A stretch of DNA of 59,362 bases from an uncultured bacterium (GTDB lineage Bacteria; Spirochaetota; JAHITG01). The notes beneath the pieces are model-generated. The model was not told the DNA's origin. It made no database searches and was given only the letters and a program-made list of their open reading frames with translations. Location: NCBI GenBank assembly GCA_965373035.1, contig CBDVEP010000002.1, forward strand, positions 1 to 59,362, read 5' to 3'. Below, piece after piece: positions 44,583 through 54,622 of this stretch. Made by a program: the position numbers and the translations under genes. The first letter of the stretch is position 1. Each line of letters opens with the position of its first letter.

Positions 44583-45404
44583 CTAAATCCCTGTAAGTTT
44601 TATATAATAATAAAATAATGGTATAGTTAAAAACCAGCCGTCAAAAATATCCAGTACACCGCCATGTCCTGGAAATAAACTTTTAGAATCTTTAATTGAA
44701 ACACTTCGTTTTAATACTGATTCTACCAGATCAGATAAAATGACAATAATCCCAAAACTAGTTCCAATAATCATCTTCTGTAAAAATGACATGGACAGAT
44801 GTTCTTTAAAAATCATCTCAGAAATAAAAACAGACACAATGGATGCAAAAACACCTCCCCATACTCCTGCATAAGATTTTTCAGGAGATGCTTTTACCCC
44901 TAATTTTTTTCTTCCAAAAAGCATACCAAAACAATAAGCAAATGAATCATTACACCATATTAATAAAACAATTAAAAAAAGATAATATTTTCCCCCCGGT
45001 AAATGCATTAATAATAAAAAATACGAACTTAAATATGAAATATAAAATAAACCAAAAGTAAAAAAAGATATTTTTAATAATGCATCTTTATAATTATTTT
45101 TAAATATCAAACTTATAAAATAAATAATAATTGAAAGCATAAAAATAAAATGCCTGAAGTCAATATTATTATTATAACACAAGCCTAAATATAAACTAAT
45201 AATTATTAAATTTCCGCTTAATAAAAAGTATAATTTATTTAAATTTATCTTTTTTAATAAAAAAATATAATGCATTTCATTTAAAGCAAGACTATTAAGA
45301 ACAATTAAAAAAAACAAAAAAGGAAAATTCCTCCAGACATCACTTAAAATAGCAAATAATAATACAGGGATACCTATTATACCAATAACAACTCGTTTTG
45401 TCAT
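44583..45404 (-). CDS. cdsA: Phosphatidate cytidylyltransferase
   Basis: Polytopic membrane protein with the C-terminal signature PGHGGVLDIFDG. Confidence 0.85.
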   Translation of the reverse strand: MTKRVVIGIIGIPVLLFAILSDVWRNFPFLFFLIVLNSLALNEMHYIFLLKKINLNKLYFLLSGNLIIISLYLGLCYNNNIDFRHFIFMLSIIIYFISLIFKNNYKDALLKISFFTFGLFYISYLSSYFLLLMHLPGGKYYLFLIVLLIWCNDSFAYCFGMLFGRKKLGVKASPEKSYAGVWGGVFASIVSVFISEMIFKEHLSMSFLQKMIIGTSFGIIVILSDLVESVLKRSVSIKDSKSLFPGHGGVLDIFDGWFLTIPLFYYYIKLTGI

Positions 45405-45410
45405 ATAAAA

Positions 45411-46121
45411 TTATAATCCTCCAAATCGTCTATTCCGATTGTAATAATTTTCAACTGCTTTCTGAAATTTCTTTTCATTAAAATCAGGCCAGAATGTATC
45501 TGTAAAATATAATTCACTGTAAGCAATCTGCCATAATAAAAAATTACTTATCCGGAGCTCTCCGCTTGTTCTTATTAATAAATCAGGATCAGGCATAATA
45601 TCCCCATTATACAAATATTTCTGAAACAATTTTTCATCCACATTATTTAATTTTAACTTATTTTTTTTATAATCCACAGCAATATTTTTTACAGCCCGGA
45701 GTATTTCATCCCTTGAACCATAATTTAAGCAAACATTTACAATTAATTTTTTATTGTTTTCTGTTAAATCAATCACTTTTTTTATTTCTTTTTGTAAGTT
45801 CACAGGCATTTTAGATATATCACCACTTACTAATAATCGAATATTATTTTTATGAAACTCTTCAGTTTCATCTTTAATAAACCGGGCAAGTAAATTCATT
45901 AAAATATTTATTTCTCTTTTAGGACGACTCCAATTTTCAGTTGAAAAAGCATATAATGTTAAATATTTAATATTATTCTTTATACAGGCTTTTACTATTC
46001 GCTTTACATTTTTTGAACCTTCATAATGCCCATGGGTTCTTGTTAAACCCTTTTTTTTTGCCCACCTACCATTACCATCCATGATAATTGCAATATGTTG
46101 TAATTTTCCCTGACCTGACAT
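45411..46121 (-). CDS. uppS: Isoprenyl (undecaprenyl) diphosphate synthase
   Basis: HIAIIMDGNGRWA and RTSGELRISNFLLWQ motifs. Confidence 0.9.
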   Translation of the reverse strand: MSGQGKLQHIAIIMDGNGRWAKKKGLTRTHGHYEGSKNVKRIVKACIKNNIKYLTLYAFSTENWSRPKREINILMNLLARFIKDETEEFHKNNIRLLVSGDISKMPVNLQKEIKKVIDLTENNKKLIVNVCLNYGSRDEILRAVKNIAVDYKKNKLKLNNVDEKLFQKYLYNGDIMPDPDLLIRTSGELRISNFLLWQIAYSELYFTDTFWPDFNEKKFQKAVENYYNRNRRFGGL

Positions 46122-46679
46122 TTACACTTCCATAATTTCATCAGTCTTTCTTTTTATAAGCTCATCAATTTTCTGAATATACCCATCAGTAAATTTTTGA
46201 ATTTCCTTTTTACCCCTTTCTGCAAGATCTGAACTTAAATTTTTTTCTTTTTCACTTTTATCAACTTCATGAATTGCTTCCCGACGGATATTCCTTACAG
46301 ATACTTTAGTATCCTCCCCTTTTTTATGCACTAGTTTGGCTAAATTACTTCTCTGCTCTTCATTTAAAGGAGGAAAAGCCAGTCTGATAACTTTCCCATC
46401 ATTAGAAGGTGTTATACCTAAATCCGAACCTAACAGAGCTTTTTCTATATCAGATACAACAGAACTCTCCCAGGGGCTAATAACAATTAATTTACTTTCA
46501 GGTGTTGAAATAGAAGCTATTTGATTTAATGGCGTTTTATTTCCATAATATTCTACCATAACATTTTCTATTAAAGAAGGATTAGCTCTGCCGCTGCGAA
46601 CTGATTTAAAATCTTCCAGTAAAAAATGTACTGATTTCTCCATTTTTTCTTTTGTTTGTTTATAAATATCATCAAGCAT
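46122..46679 (-). CDS. frr: Ribosome recycling factor
   Basis: 185 aa with the VRNIRREA motif, in the conserved position between pyrH and uppS. Confidence 0.9.
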   Translation of the reverse strand: MLDDIYKQTKEKMEKSVHFLLEDFKSVRSGRANPSLIENVMVEYYGNKTPLNQIASISTPESKLIVISPWESSVVSDIEKALLGSDLGITPSNDGKVIRLAFPPLNEEQRSNLAKLVHKKGEDTKVSVRNIRREAIHEVDKSEKEKNLSSDLAERGKKEIQKFTDGYIQKIDELIKRKTDEIMEV

Positions 46680-46702
46680 AACAACCTCCTATGATTAGTT
46701 TA

Positions 46703-47431
46703 TTAACTAATCATTGTTCCGACTTGTTGGCCTTTAACAAAATTTAATAAACTGTTTTTTTTAAAAAAATTTAAAACTACAATTAATAAATTATTTTCCA
46801 TAGCCATTGATAGTGCTGTTAAGTCCATTATTTTTAATTTTTTTTCAATGGCATTTGAATATGAAATTTGTTTATAAAATCTGGCATCTTTATATGAAAC
46901 AGGGTCTTTATCATAAACGCCATCTACCTTGGTTGCTTTTATTAAAATTTCTGAATCAGTTTCAATAGCTTTTAGCACTGAGGCTGTATCTGTAGTGACA
47001 AAGGGATTTGATGTTCCACCTGCATAAATATTAATATAACCATCATTCAAATATCTTTTTGCTTTTTGGGCATTAAAAAAAGAAATAGAATCAACAAATA
47101 TAGTAGAAAAAACATGATTTTTAATTTTTTCCTGGGAAAGCATATCAGAAAAAAGAAGACTGTTTATAATTGTAGCAAACATACCAGCTTTGTCTGCTTC
47201 TGTTTGAGTAAAAGTTTTGTTATGCTTTTCTTTCTGCCTTGACAGGGCACCACGAAATATATTACCAGCACCCAGAACAATTCCTATCTGAACATTTAAT
47301 TTAATTAAAGGTTTAATTTCATTAATTATATTTATTAAGGAATTAATCTGAATATTCGCACCCTTTGAATCTCCTAAAAATTCACCGCTAAATTTCAGTA
47401 AAACACGTTTGTATTTTGTTTTCTGACTCAA
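46703..47431 (-). CDS. pyrH: UMP kinase
   Basis: KRVLLKFSGE and GAGNIFRG motifs. Confidence 0.9.
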   Translation of the reverse strand: MSQKTKYKRVLLKFSGEFLGDSKGANIQINSLINIINEIKPLIKLNVQIGIVLGAGNIFRGALSRQKEKHNKTFTQTEADKAGMFATIINSLLFSDMLSQEKIKNHVFSTIFVDSISFFNAQKAKRYLNDGYINIYAGGTSNPFVTTDTASVLKAIETDSEILIKATKVDGVYDKDPVSYKDARFYKQISYSNAIEKKLKIMDLTALSMAMENNLLIVVLNFFKKNSLLNFVKGQQVGTMIS

Positions 47432-47434
47432 AAA

Positions 47435-48031
47435 TTATCTAACCCCTACCTGATATCTAATAAATCTTCCTACTGTAATATTTTCACCAATCTTGGAGAT
47501 GGCACTTTTTACAATATTTTCAATAGACTGTTCTGCATCTTTTATAAAAGGCTGTTCTAACAAACAAACTTCACTGAAAAATTTATTTAATTTCCCTTCA
47601 GCAATTTTTTCTGCTATTTTTTCAGGTTTCCCGGTTTGTTTTACCTGCTCTACATAAATCTGTTTTTCTGAAGTAATCACCTCATCAGAAATATTATCTC
47701 TTGTAATATATTTTGGATCTGTTGCAGCAACCTGCATACATAAATCTTTTGCCAGAGACTTAAACACATCAGTTTTAGCAGCAAAGTCAGTTTCACAATT
47801 TAATTCCAGTAATACGCCAATTTTCCCGCCTGCATGGATATAAGAATAAATAATTCCTTCCTTAGTAGCTCTATCAGCTTTTTTTGTTGCTTTTGCAATA
47901 CCTTTCTCTCTTAAATATTTTACTGCTTCTTCTATCTTGCCACCTGTCTCAACCAATGCTTTTTTACAATCCATCATGCCGGCATTAGTCATATCCCGCA
48001 AATTTTTAACCATTTCTGCTGTAATATGCAC
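47435..48031 (-). CDS. tsf: Elongation factor Ts (short form)
   Basis: N-terminal UBA-like MVKNLRDMTNAGMMDCKKAL. The size is 198 aa, and it lies downstream of rpsB. Confidence 0.9.
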   Translation of the reverse strand: MHITAEMVKNLRDMTNAGMMDCKKALVETGGKIEEAVKYLREKGIAKATKKADRATKEGIIYSYIHAGGKIGVLLELNCETDFAAKTDVFKSLAKDLCMQVAATDPKYITRDNISDEVITSEKQIYVEQVKQTGKPEKIAEKIAEGKLNKFFSEVCLLEQPFIKDAEQSIENIVKSAISKIGENITVGRFIRYQVGVR

Positions 48032-48076
48032 TTTACTCTTCCTCCAATCTGGTTTATTAATTTTTAGTATATTACT

Positions 48077-49213
48077 TTATTTTTTATCTTTTGATACAGA
48101 GTTTTTTTTATCTGACTTATCCTCTTTACTTTTTTTAACATTCTTTTTTTTATCTGATGAGGCTTCTTTTTTTTCTTTAGCTTTCTCTTTTGAAGGAGCT
48201 TCTTTCTTTACCTTTGAAGATGCCGCCTTGGTTACTTTTGCCTCAACATTTTCCTTTGTAGTTACTTCTTTCTTTTTTTCTGTTTTTTCCTTTACTGTAA
48301 CTTCTTTTTTTTCTTTAAAACTTTCTTTTAAATTTTTTTCTTCTTCTTTAGAATCAGAAGGTTCTGTTTCTTCTGTTTTTTCAAATTTTTCAAAACTACT
48401 GATTTTTTTCTCATCATCTTCGATTTCATATTCAGAATATTTTTCCTTAATAATCTCTGTTTCTATATCACCACCTGCCCCTTCTACTAATGCTGCCGCT
48501 TTAATGTCCTCGCCTTCTTTCTTAATCTGCAAATCTTTTTTACCTGCAAGTACGGCATCAGCAATTAAATTTGCAAAAAGATTAATAGCACGAATAGCAT
48601 CATCATTTCCTGGAATAGGATAATTTATATGTTCCGGGTCACCATTAGTATCTACTACTCCAACAATAGGAAGATTAAGATGCGTAGCTTCTTTTACAGC
48701 AATATCCTCTTTTTCTGTATCAATAACAAATAATATATCTGGTAGTTTGTCCATATCTTTAATTCCAGAAAAAACATTATTAAGCTTTTCCCGTTCTCTT
48801 GTTAATGATAAAATTTCTCTTTTGGTTAAATTTCCCTTATCATCATTTTCAATTGTCTTCTCTATATTTTTTAACCTGGTAATACTGTTTTTAACTGTAA
48901 CAAAATTAGTAAGCATTCCTCCCAGCCATCGCAGTACAATATAAGGCATTTCACATTTTTCAGCTGCTTTTTTAACTTCTTCCTGAGCTTGCTTCTTTGT
49001 TCCTACAAATAAAACAGTTTTACCTTTAGAAACCTCTTCTTTAACAAATTTATAAGCACTGTCTGTTGATTGAACTGTTTTTTGTAAGTCAATTATATGA
49101 ATTCCTTTTCTTTTTGTAAAAATAAATCGTTTCATCTTAGGATTCCATCTTTTTGTCTGATGTCCAAAATGGACTCCAGCTTCAAGTAAATCTTTCATGG
49201 AAATAGCACCCAA
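48077..49213 (-). CDS. rpsB: 30S ribosomal protein S2 with a ~150-aa K/E-rich low-complexity C-terminal extension
   Basis: LLEAGVHFGHQTKRWNPKM is followed by a canonical S2 core to roughly residue 225. After that the sequence is EDIKAAALVEG...KEEEKNLKESFKEKKEVTVKEKTEKKKE...KKSKEDKSDKKNSVSKDKK. Confidence 0.9.
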   Translation of the reverse strand: MGAISMKDLLEAGVHFGHQTKRWNPKMKRFIFTKRKGIHIIDLQKTVQSTDSAYKFVKEEVSKGKTVLFVGTKKQAQEEVKKAAEKCEMPYIVLRWLGGMLTNFVTVKNSITRLKNIEKTIENDDKGNLTKREILSLTREREKLNNVFSGIKDMDKLPDILFVIDTEKEDIAVKEATHLNLPIVGVVDTNGDPEHINYPIPGNDDAIRAINLFANLIADAVLAGKKDLQIKKEGEDIKAAALVEGAGGDIETEIIKEKYSEYEIEDDEKKISSFEKFEKTEETEPSDSKEEEKNLKESFKEKKEVTVKEKTEKKKEVTTKENVEAKVTKAASSKVKKEAPSKEKAKEKKEASSDKKKNVKKSKEDKSDKKNSVSKDKK

Positions 49214-49241
49214 ATTTATGTACCTCCTTAATTATAAAATA

Positions 49242-49520
49242 TTATATCCTTCGATATATATATATTGCTGTTATAATTCCTAATATTGCAAATAAATTTA
49301 AATTAAAAATATATCCTGCCTTAACAGCAAAATTATATGCAAAACCATTTAAATAAATAATATCTCTTACAATAGTACTTCCTCTAATTACTATAAGATT
49401 TACTAAAGTCCTGCCTATAACAGAACCAATTAACATTCCAATAAAACCAATAAAAAAATATGTTCCAAAGTTACCACTTCTTCGTACTGTCATAATACCC
49501 TCCAGACCATAAAATTTCAA
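49242..49520 (-). CDS. Small membrane protein (DUF4321-like)
   Basis: Two hydrophobic helices (FGTYFFIGFIGMLIGSVIG; LFAILGIITAIYIYRRI). The family call is tentative. The start may be the internal MTVRRSG. Confidence 0.4.
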   Translation of the reverse strand: MKFYGLEGIMTVRRSGNFGTYFFIGFIGMLIGSVIGRTLVNLIVIRGSTIVRDIIYLNGFAYNFAVKAGYIFNLNLFAILGIITAIYIYRRI

Positions 49521-49576
49521 TAATCATCCTTTAAAAAATAAAATGTCTTGTTAAATTAATACAATTTTTTAATATG

Positions 49577-50182
49577 TCAAGTATTTTGTTTTAATCTCCC
49601 CACTAGTTTTAAATATAAAACAGCAGAAGCAATAAGTGCAACAGGAAATGCCCAGAATATACCAATTATCAGAGCCAGAAATCCAAGAATTTCAATAATA
49701 TTTAAGACTATAAAGATTCCCAATAAATCCCATTTAATTCCCAAAGTCATTTTACCACTGGCTTTAAGTGCATCTAAAGCTTTCATTTTTTTATCAACAA
49801 TAAAATATTGATAAAAAGCATATTTTACCCCCCATATTACCCCGGGAAATATTAATAAAAACAAACCAGCACAAACCATTAAAAAATATAATAAAGTAGC
49901 ACCCATACTGGAAGCTAAATATGGATAACCTCTGAATAAATCTAAAATGTCTGTAGCCTCGCCTTTAGCTTTTTTTAATGAAATAATAACTAATCCTATT
50001 GTTAACCAGACATATACAATTAAAATTATTATAAATGCACCTATATCACTTATTATTAATTTTCTTAATATAAAAGAAACAAGCTCTATAAGTCCAAAAT
50101 AAATAATAATAACCAAAACAAAAAACCAGAAACTTTTTTTTGTCTCTTTCCAGCCTTTTTGAATTATTTCACTTAAAACCAT
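49577..50182 (-). CDS. Polytopic membrane protein (DUF975-like)
   Basis: Four to five hydrophobic helices. The IFPGVIWGVKYAFYQYFIVD...ALKASGKMTLG pattern resembles DUF975. Tentative. Confidence 0.45.
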   Translation of the reverse strand: MVLSEIIQKGWKETKKSFWFFVLVIIIYFGLIELVSFILRKLIISDIGAFIIILIVYVWLTIGLVIISLKKAKGEATDILDLFRGYPYLASSMGATLLYFLMVCAGLFLLIFPGVIWGVKYAFYQYFIVDKKMKALDALKASGKMTLGIKWDLLGIFIVLNIIEILGFLALIIGIFWAFPVALIASAVLYLKLVGRLKQNT

Positions 50183-50356
50183 ATATTTCCTCCTTTGTAA
50201 TTTTTTAATAACTTATCCATATTTTTTAACAATTTTTTTCTTATTTTCTTAAGATTATTGGTTTTTTCAGGTTCATTATTAAAAACAGCATCTGATATTC
50301 CTAATAAATATGATAATATCAAACTTATTTTTTTCACTGCACTACCATTTTCAATA

Positions 50357-50440
50357 TGCCGAAAGGGGGACTTGAACCCCCACGGGACTAATCCCACTGC
50401 GCCCTGAACGCAGCGTGTCTACCAATTCCACCATTTCGGC
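50357..50440 (-). tRNA. tRNA-Leu (anticodon CAG), class II with a long variable arm
   Basis: The reverse complement is GCCGAAATGGTGGAATTGGTAGACACGCTGCGTTCAGGGCGCAGTGGGATTAGTCCCGTGGGGGTTCAAGTCCCCCCTTTCGGCA. The acceptor stem is GCCGAAA/TTTCGGC, the anticodon stem-loop is CTGCG-TTCAGGG-CGCAG and the T-arm is GGGGG-TTCAAGT-CCCCC. CCA is not encoded. Confidence 0.92.
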
Positions 50441-50488
50441 TAAAATTAATATATAATATTTTTATTTTTAATAGCAAAGTTTTTTTAC

Positions 50489-51181
50489 TTACAACCTGAA
50501 GCTTGTTGTATGCATATAACCAAACTTAAAGTTCATTATATTCTTGTAACCATATTTCTCACTTGTCTTGTCAAAATTTATAATTAAATAAGTAAAATTA
50601 AGATTAATAGTACTCTTATTATTCAATTTATAATTAATACCAAAACAGAGTGGAATCCCTAAAGATGCAGGCAGCCACCTTGCTTTTTCTTCTGTATTGA
50701 TAAAATTGATAAAATTAATAGGAGTTTCAGAATAACTATATTCTAATTTCTTGTATATAAAAGAGAAGATAAGTCCTGTTGAAAAATAAGGAGAAAGATT
50801 TACTAAAAAACCGTTCTGTAACTTAAAAATCTTTTTAAAAAGTATATTATAATTAAATAAAATCCCTCCTAAAAAATTGTAAAAATTTTCATTTTTTAAA
50901 TATTCTAATGTCTCATATCCAGATATTAATGAATTATAAAATTGTTCTTTACTTCTAATTGTAAAAGGATTATATAAAAAGCCTGTAAAAATTTTATAGG
51001 AAAATGTTTCAGAAAAAAAAGATTGATAAAACAAATCAAACCCATAACCACTATTTCTAACATCAGCATCAATTGAAACAGCACTGTTATAAATCAAATC
51101 AATCCCAAAATAATTATTTTTTATCTGGGCATATAATGGGATATATATTAATAAATAAAATATAATTATTATCTGTTTCAT
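50489..51181 (-). CDS. Small predicted outer-membrane beta-barrel protein
   Basis: I prefer the start at MKQIIIIFYLLIYIPLYAQ (51181), which avoids overlap with panC. The rest is aromatic-rich alternating strands. Confidence 0.45.
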   Translation of the reverse strand: MKQIIIIFYLLIYIPLYAQIKNNYFGIDLIYNSAVSIDADVRNSGYGFDLFYQSFFSETFSYKIFTGFLYNPFTIRSKEQFYNSLISGYETLEYLKNENFYNFLGGILFNYNILFKKIFKLQNGFLVNLSPYFSTGLIFSFIYKKLEYSYSETPINFINFINTEEKARWLPASLGIPLCFGINYKLNNKSTINLNFTYLIINFDKTSEKYGYKNIMNFKFGYMHTTSFRL

Positions 51182-51188
51182 TTTATAC

Positions 51189-52037
51189 CTATATAATAAT
51201 ATTATCAATTAATCTTGATCTTCCAATACGAACAGCTAGAGCAATAACACAATGTTTATCCATATCTTTTAAATCTTCTAAAGTATCAGGGTGAATAAAA
51301 GAAATATAATCTATATTCCTCTTTTTTATAAATCGACCAGATAATAAAATCCTGTAAATATCTTTTTTTAACTTTTTAATGTTTTTTTCACCATTTTTAA
51401 TTAATTTTTTTGCATGAAATAATGACTGTGATAAAAGAAGGGCATCAGACCTTTCTTCATTATTCAAATATTTATTTCTTGAACTCATTGCCATGCCATC
51501 TGGTTGTCTTATTAAAGGCATTCCTTTAATTTTAATATTGAAATTTAAATCATGTACCATTTTTTTTATAATAATATATTGCTGATAATCTTTTAAGCCA
51601 AAATAAGCAATATCAGGATCTACAATATTTAATAATTTCAAGACAATGGTTGTTACACCCTTAAAATGATTTCCTCGAAACCTGCCACAAAGTAAATCAG
51701 ACAAACCTGAAACTTCTACGTATGTTAAATACCCATCCGGATAAATCATTTTCTCATCAGGATAAAAAATAAAATCCACCTTTTCCTTTTTACATTTTTC
51801 AGTATCTTGCTTTTTTACCCGGGGATAAGATTTATAATCCTCTTCTTGTGCAAACTGTGTGGGATTAATAAAAATACTGACTATAACTATGTCATTTTCT
51901 TTTCTTGCCTGTCTGATTAATGATAAATGCCCTTTATGAAGAGCTCCCATAGTTGGAATAAACCCGATTTTTTTATTTTTTAATTTTAAAAGCTTTATTT
52001 TTCTGTAAATCTTATCCGGAATTTTTATAATCTCCAC
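51189..52037 (-). CDS. panC: Pantoate--beta-alanine ligase
   Basis: PTMGALHKGHLSL (HIGH-type) motif. The size is 282 aa. Confidence 0.9.
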   Translation of the reverse strand: MEIIKIPDKIYRKIKLLKLKNKKIGFIPTMGALHKGHLSLIRQARKENDIVIVSIFINPTQFAQEEDYKSYPRVKKQDTEKCKKEKVDFIFYPDEKMIYPDGYLTYVEVSGLSDLLCGRFRGNHFKGVTTIVLKLLNIVDPDIAYFGLKDYQQYIIIKKMVHDLNFNIKIKGMPLIRQPDGMAMSSRNKYLNNEERSDALLLSQSLFHAKKLIKNGEKNIKKLKKDIYRILLSGRFIKKRNIDYISFIHPDTLEDLKDMDKHCVIALAVRIGRSRLIDNIII

Positions 52038-52060
52038 TTTATAATCTCCACTGGATGTTT

Positions 52061-52885
52061 CTATTTAAGCTTTTTTAATTCCTCTGGCTTCATAACATAA
52101 TAGTTCTTTTTTTCCGGAAATTTTAGTGTTTCAACATCATTCTTATACTGTAAAACAGCTTTTTTAGTTATATTATAAAGATCAGCATATTTCTTTCCAT
52201 GCTTAGGAGCAATATCAGGGTTTATTCCTAATAAGTCATCCAGTACAAGTACCTGACCATCACAATAAGGTCCTGCTCCTATTCCAATAGTAGGGATTCT
52301 TAAAGCCTGTGTTATCCTGCCGGAACATTCTGCTGTCATACCTTCAAGAACTAAAGAACAAATACCTGCTTTTTCTAAATTTCTCGCTAAATTTAATAAT
52401 TTCCCGGAAACTGATGCATCCTTTCCCTGGATTTTATAACCACCTAATTTATAAACAGATTGAGGTGTCAGTCCAATATGCCCCATCACAGGAATATCAA
52501 GCTTAACTAATTGTTCAATTAACCAAATATTTGTATCAAGTGCCTCAATTTTTACAGCCTGTGCCTTTGTTTCTTTTAAAAATCTTCCCGCATTAAAAAC
52601 AGCATCCCTTTCAGAAGTCTGGTAAGATAAAAAAGGCATATCAATAACCAGGATACAATTATTAACAGCCTTAGAAACTGCTTTTGAAATAATCAACATC
52701 TCATCCATAGTTACAGGGAGAGTTGTATTATATCCTAATTTCACCATTCCATACGAATCTCCGACAAGAATCACATCCACACCTGCTTCTTCTAAAATAC
52801 GGGCAGAAACAAAGTCATAAGCCGTAAGAACAATTATCTTTTCCTTTTTTTTCTTTTTTTCTATTAAATAATTCAAATATTTCAT
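52061..52885 (-). CDS. panB: 3-methyl-2-oxobutanoate hydroxymethyltransferase
   Basis: IIVLTAYD and ILVGDSYGMV motifs. I prefer the internal start MKYLNYL at 52885 to the listed 52924. Confidence 0.88.
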   Translation of the reverse strand: MKYLNYLIEKKKKKEKIIVLTAYDFVSARILEEAGVDVILVGDSYGMVKLGYNTTLPVTMDEMLIISKAVSKAVNNCILVIDMPFLSYQTSERDAVFNAGRFLKETKAQAVKIEALDTNIWLIEQLVKLDIPVMGHIGLTPQSVYKLGGYKIQGKDASVSGKLLNLARNLEKAGICSLVLEGMTAECSGRITQALRIPTIGIGAGPYCDGQVLVLDDLLGINPDIAPKHGKKYADLYNITKKAVLQYKNDVETLKFPEKKNYYVMKPEELKKLK

Positions 52886-53015
52886 ATTTAGTTTTAAATA
52901 TATAATAAAAATATAAAATTTCAAGTTTAAATTTAATTTACCCTTGAAACCATTTTATTTATATTGATTTTTCAAAGAATATATTTGTAACATCTTCTCT
53001 GAATTCATAAAAATT

Positions 53016-54035
53016 TTAAAATTTATTTAAAATACTTAATGAAAAAATATGTTTCTTAAATTCAACTTTATCAAGACTGACATTATCAGCTAAAACATTA
53101 TACTCTGAATTATAAAAATATAATTCTTCTTTACCTTTCCTGGCTGATTGAAAAATATATTTATAACCAAATACTATTTGACTCGCATGCGTTTGAATAA
53201 AATTTACATTAATTCCTAAAAGCCATCCTATACCAGAAGCATCATAATGTATAAAATTAGGCGACTCATTTCGCCAAGCATATTCATCAGGATAAGCATT
53301 ATAAGTTCGTAAATTCCAATATCCTTCTCCTGAATAGAAATTATATAAAAAAGCACCTTGTATTTCTATATGCAGCCACGATAACATCTCTCCATCTAAA
53401 CTGATCCCTCCAGCTAATGAATTCCAATCAAATTGATAAGTTGATTCCAAAGAATAAAACATTGAACCAACAGGGGGAATAGTTAAATTTGTAAAAGCAG
53501 AATTATCACTTACCAACTGTATCCCCTCTTTCATGGTAACATTTTCTAAATGTTTTTTATAACCGAAAAGACAATTTATTGTAATGAGTTTATTTTTTAA
53601 TTTCATCATTTTTAATTTGATTTTTGTATCCACATTAAAATGTGTAGCATTATTGCTATTTTTAAAACTTGATTGGGAAAACAAATAAGGTGATGAACCT
53701 GGTATAGTGTATAAATCACTATCCAACCCTCTTCCATCTTTTATATTGATAGTAAACCATTCTGGTTGAATATTTAGTCTTATAAATACAAAGTCAAATA
53801 GCTTAAAATTAAACAGTAGTGAAAAAGACATATTATTTATATCTTTATATTCTAATTGAGAAGTACCAATAATATAGTTACCATCATATAAATAATCAGG
53901 AAAAGATATTTTCCACATCCCCCCACTAAGTGAATAATGAAAAGATATTCCATATTCAATATTAGTAATAATAGTTGTAGCATACAATTGAGAAAAACAA
54001 AAAATAAATAAAATTGTAATAAATATTATTTTCAT
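53016..54035 (-). CDS. Predicted outer-membrane beta-barrel protein of unknown family
   Basis: Signal peptide MKIIFITILFIFCFSQLYA, alternating aromatic strands and a C-terminal ...SILNKF. Confidence 0.5.
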   Translation of the reverse strand: MKIIFITILFIFCFSQLYATTIITNIEYGISFHYSLSGGMWKISFPDYLYDGNYIIGTSQLEYKDINNMSFSLLFNFKLFDFVFIRLNIQPEWFTINIKDGRGLDSDLYTIPGSSPYLFSQSSFKNSNNATHFNVDTKIKLKMMKLKNKLITINCLFGYKKHLENVTMKEGIQLVSDNSAFTNLTIPPVGSMFYSLESTYQFDWNSLAGGISLDGEMLSWLHIEIQGAFLYNFYSGEGYWNLRTYNAYPDEYAWRNESPNFIHYDASGIGWLLGINVNFIQTHASQIVFGYKYIFQSARKGKEELYFYNSEYNVLADNVSLDKVEFKKHIFSLSILNKF

Positions 54036-54120
54036 TCCTGTAGTAGTAACCTCTTTAAAATGTTTAATATTTCTTATTAATAGAATAAGATTGTTTTTAA
54101 TTGCTGTTGCTGCAATAATA

Positions 54121-54606
54121 CTATCTGCAAATTTTTACTACTTCACCTGAATTGTTTTTAATATAACTTTTCAGCTTCTTCTTAAATACAGGATGAATTA
54201 AATCAGATTCAATTTCTAATAGGGGAACTAAAACAAAATTTCTTTTGTGCATCTGAGGATGTGGAATGGTTAAATTATTGTTTGTTATAATTTTATTATT
54301 AAAAAGCAGTATATCAATATCTATAATTCTTGGTCCCCATTGCTGTTTTCTCTTTCTTCCTAATTTTTTCTCAATCTTTAAAATAATTTTTAATAAATTT
54401 TCAGGTGACAAATCCACTTTACCTTTTAGTACCATATTTAAAAATTCAGGTTGATTTTTATAACCTATTGGTTCTGTTTTATAAACAGAAGAAGTTTTTA
54501 ATATTTTAATATGATTTTTTCCAAGAAATAATACTGCATTTTTTAAATTTTCTTTTTTATTTCCAAGATTGGTTCCCAGGGATAGATATACTATGGTCTT
54601 ATTCAT
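54121..54606 (-). CDS. folK: 2-amino-4-hydroxy-6-hydroxymethyldihydropteridine diphosphokinase
   Basis: WGPRIIDIDILLF and IPHPQMHKRNFVLVPL motifs. Confidence 0.88.
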   Translation of the reverse strand: MNKTIVYLSLGTNLGNKKENLKNAVLFLGKNHIKILKTSSVYKTEPIGYKNQPEFLNMVLKGKVDLSPENLLKIILKIEKKLGRKRKQQWGPRIIDIDILLFNNKIITNNNLTIPHPQMHKRNFVLVPLLEIESDLIHPVFKKKLKSYIKNNSGEVVKICR

Positions 54607-54622
54607 AAATCTTTTTATTTAA

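Noticed and set aside
47937-48623. A 228-aa plus-strand ORF spanning the tsf start and the rpsB tail.
   Set aside because: It is the antisense mirror of the K/E-rich S2 tail (it reads as F/S/L-rich) and it overlaps two highly confident ribosomal-cluster genes.
50173-50397. A 74-aa minus-strand ORF.
   Set aside because: Its 5' part is read through the tRNA-Leu gene (50357-50440). The tRNA cloverleaf is unambiguous, so the ORF is spurious.
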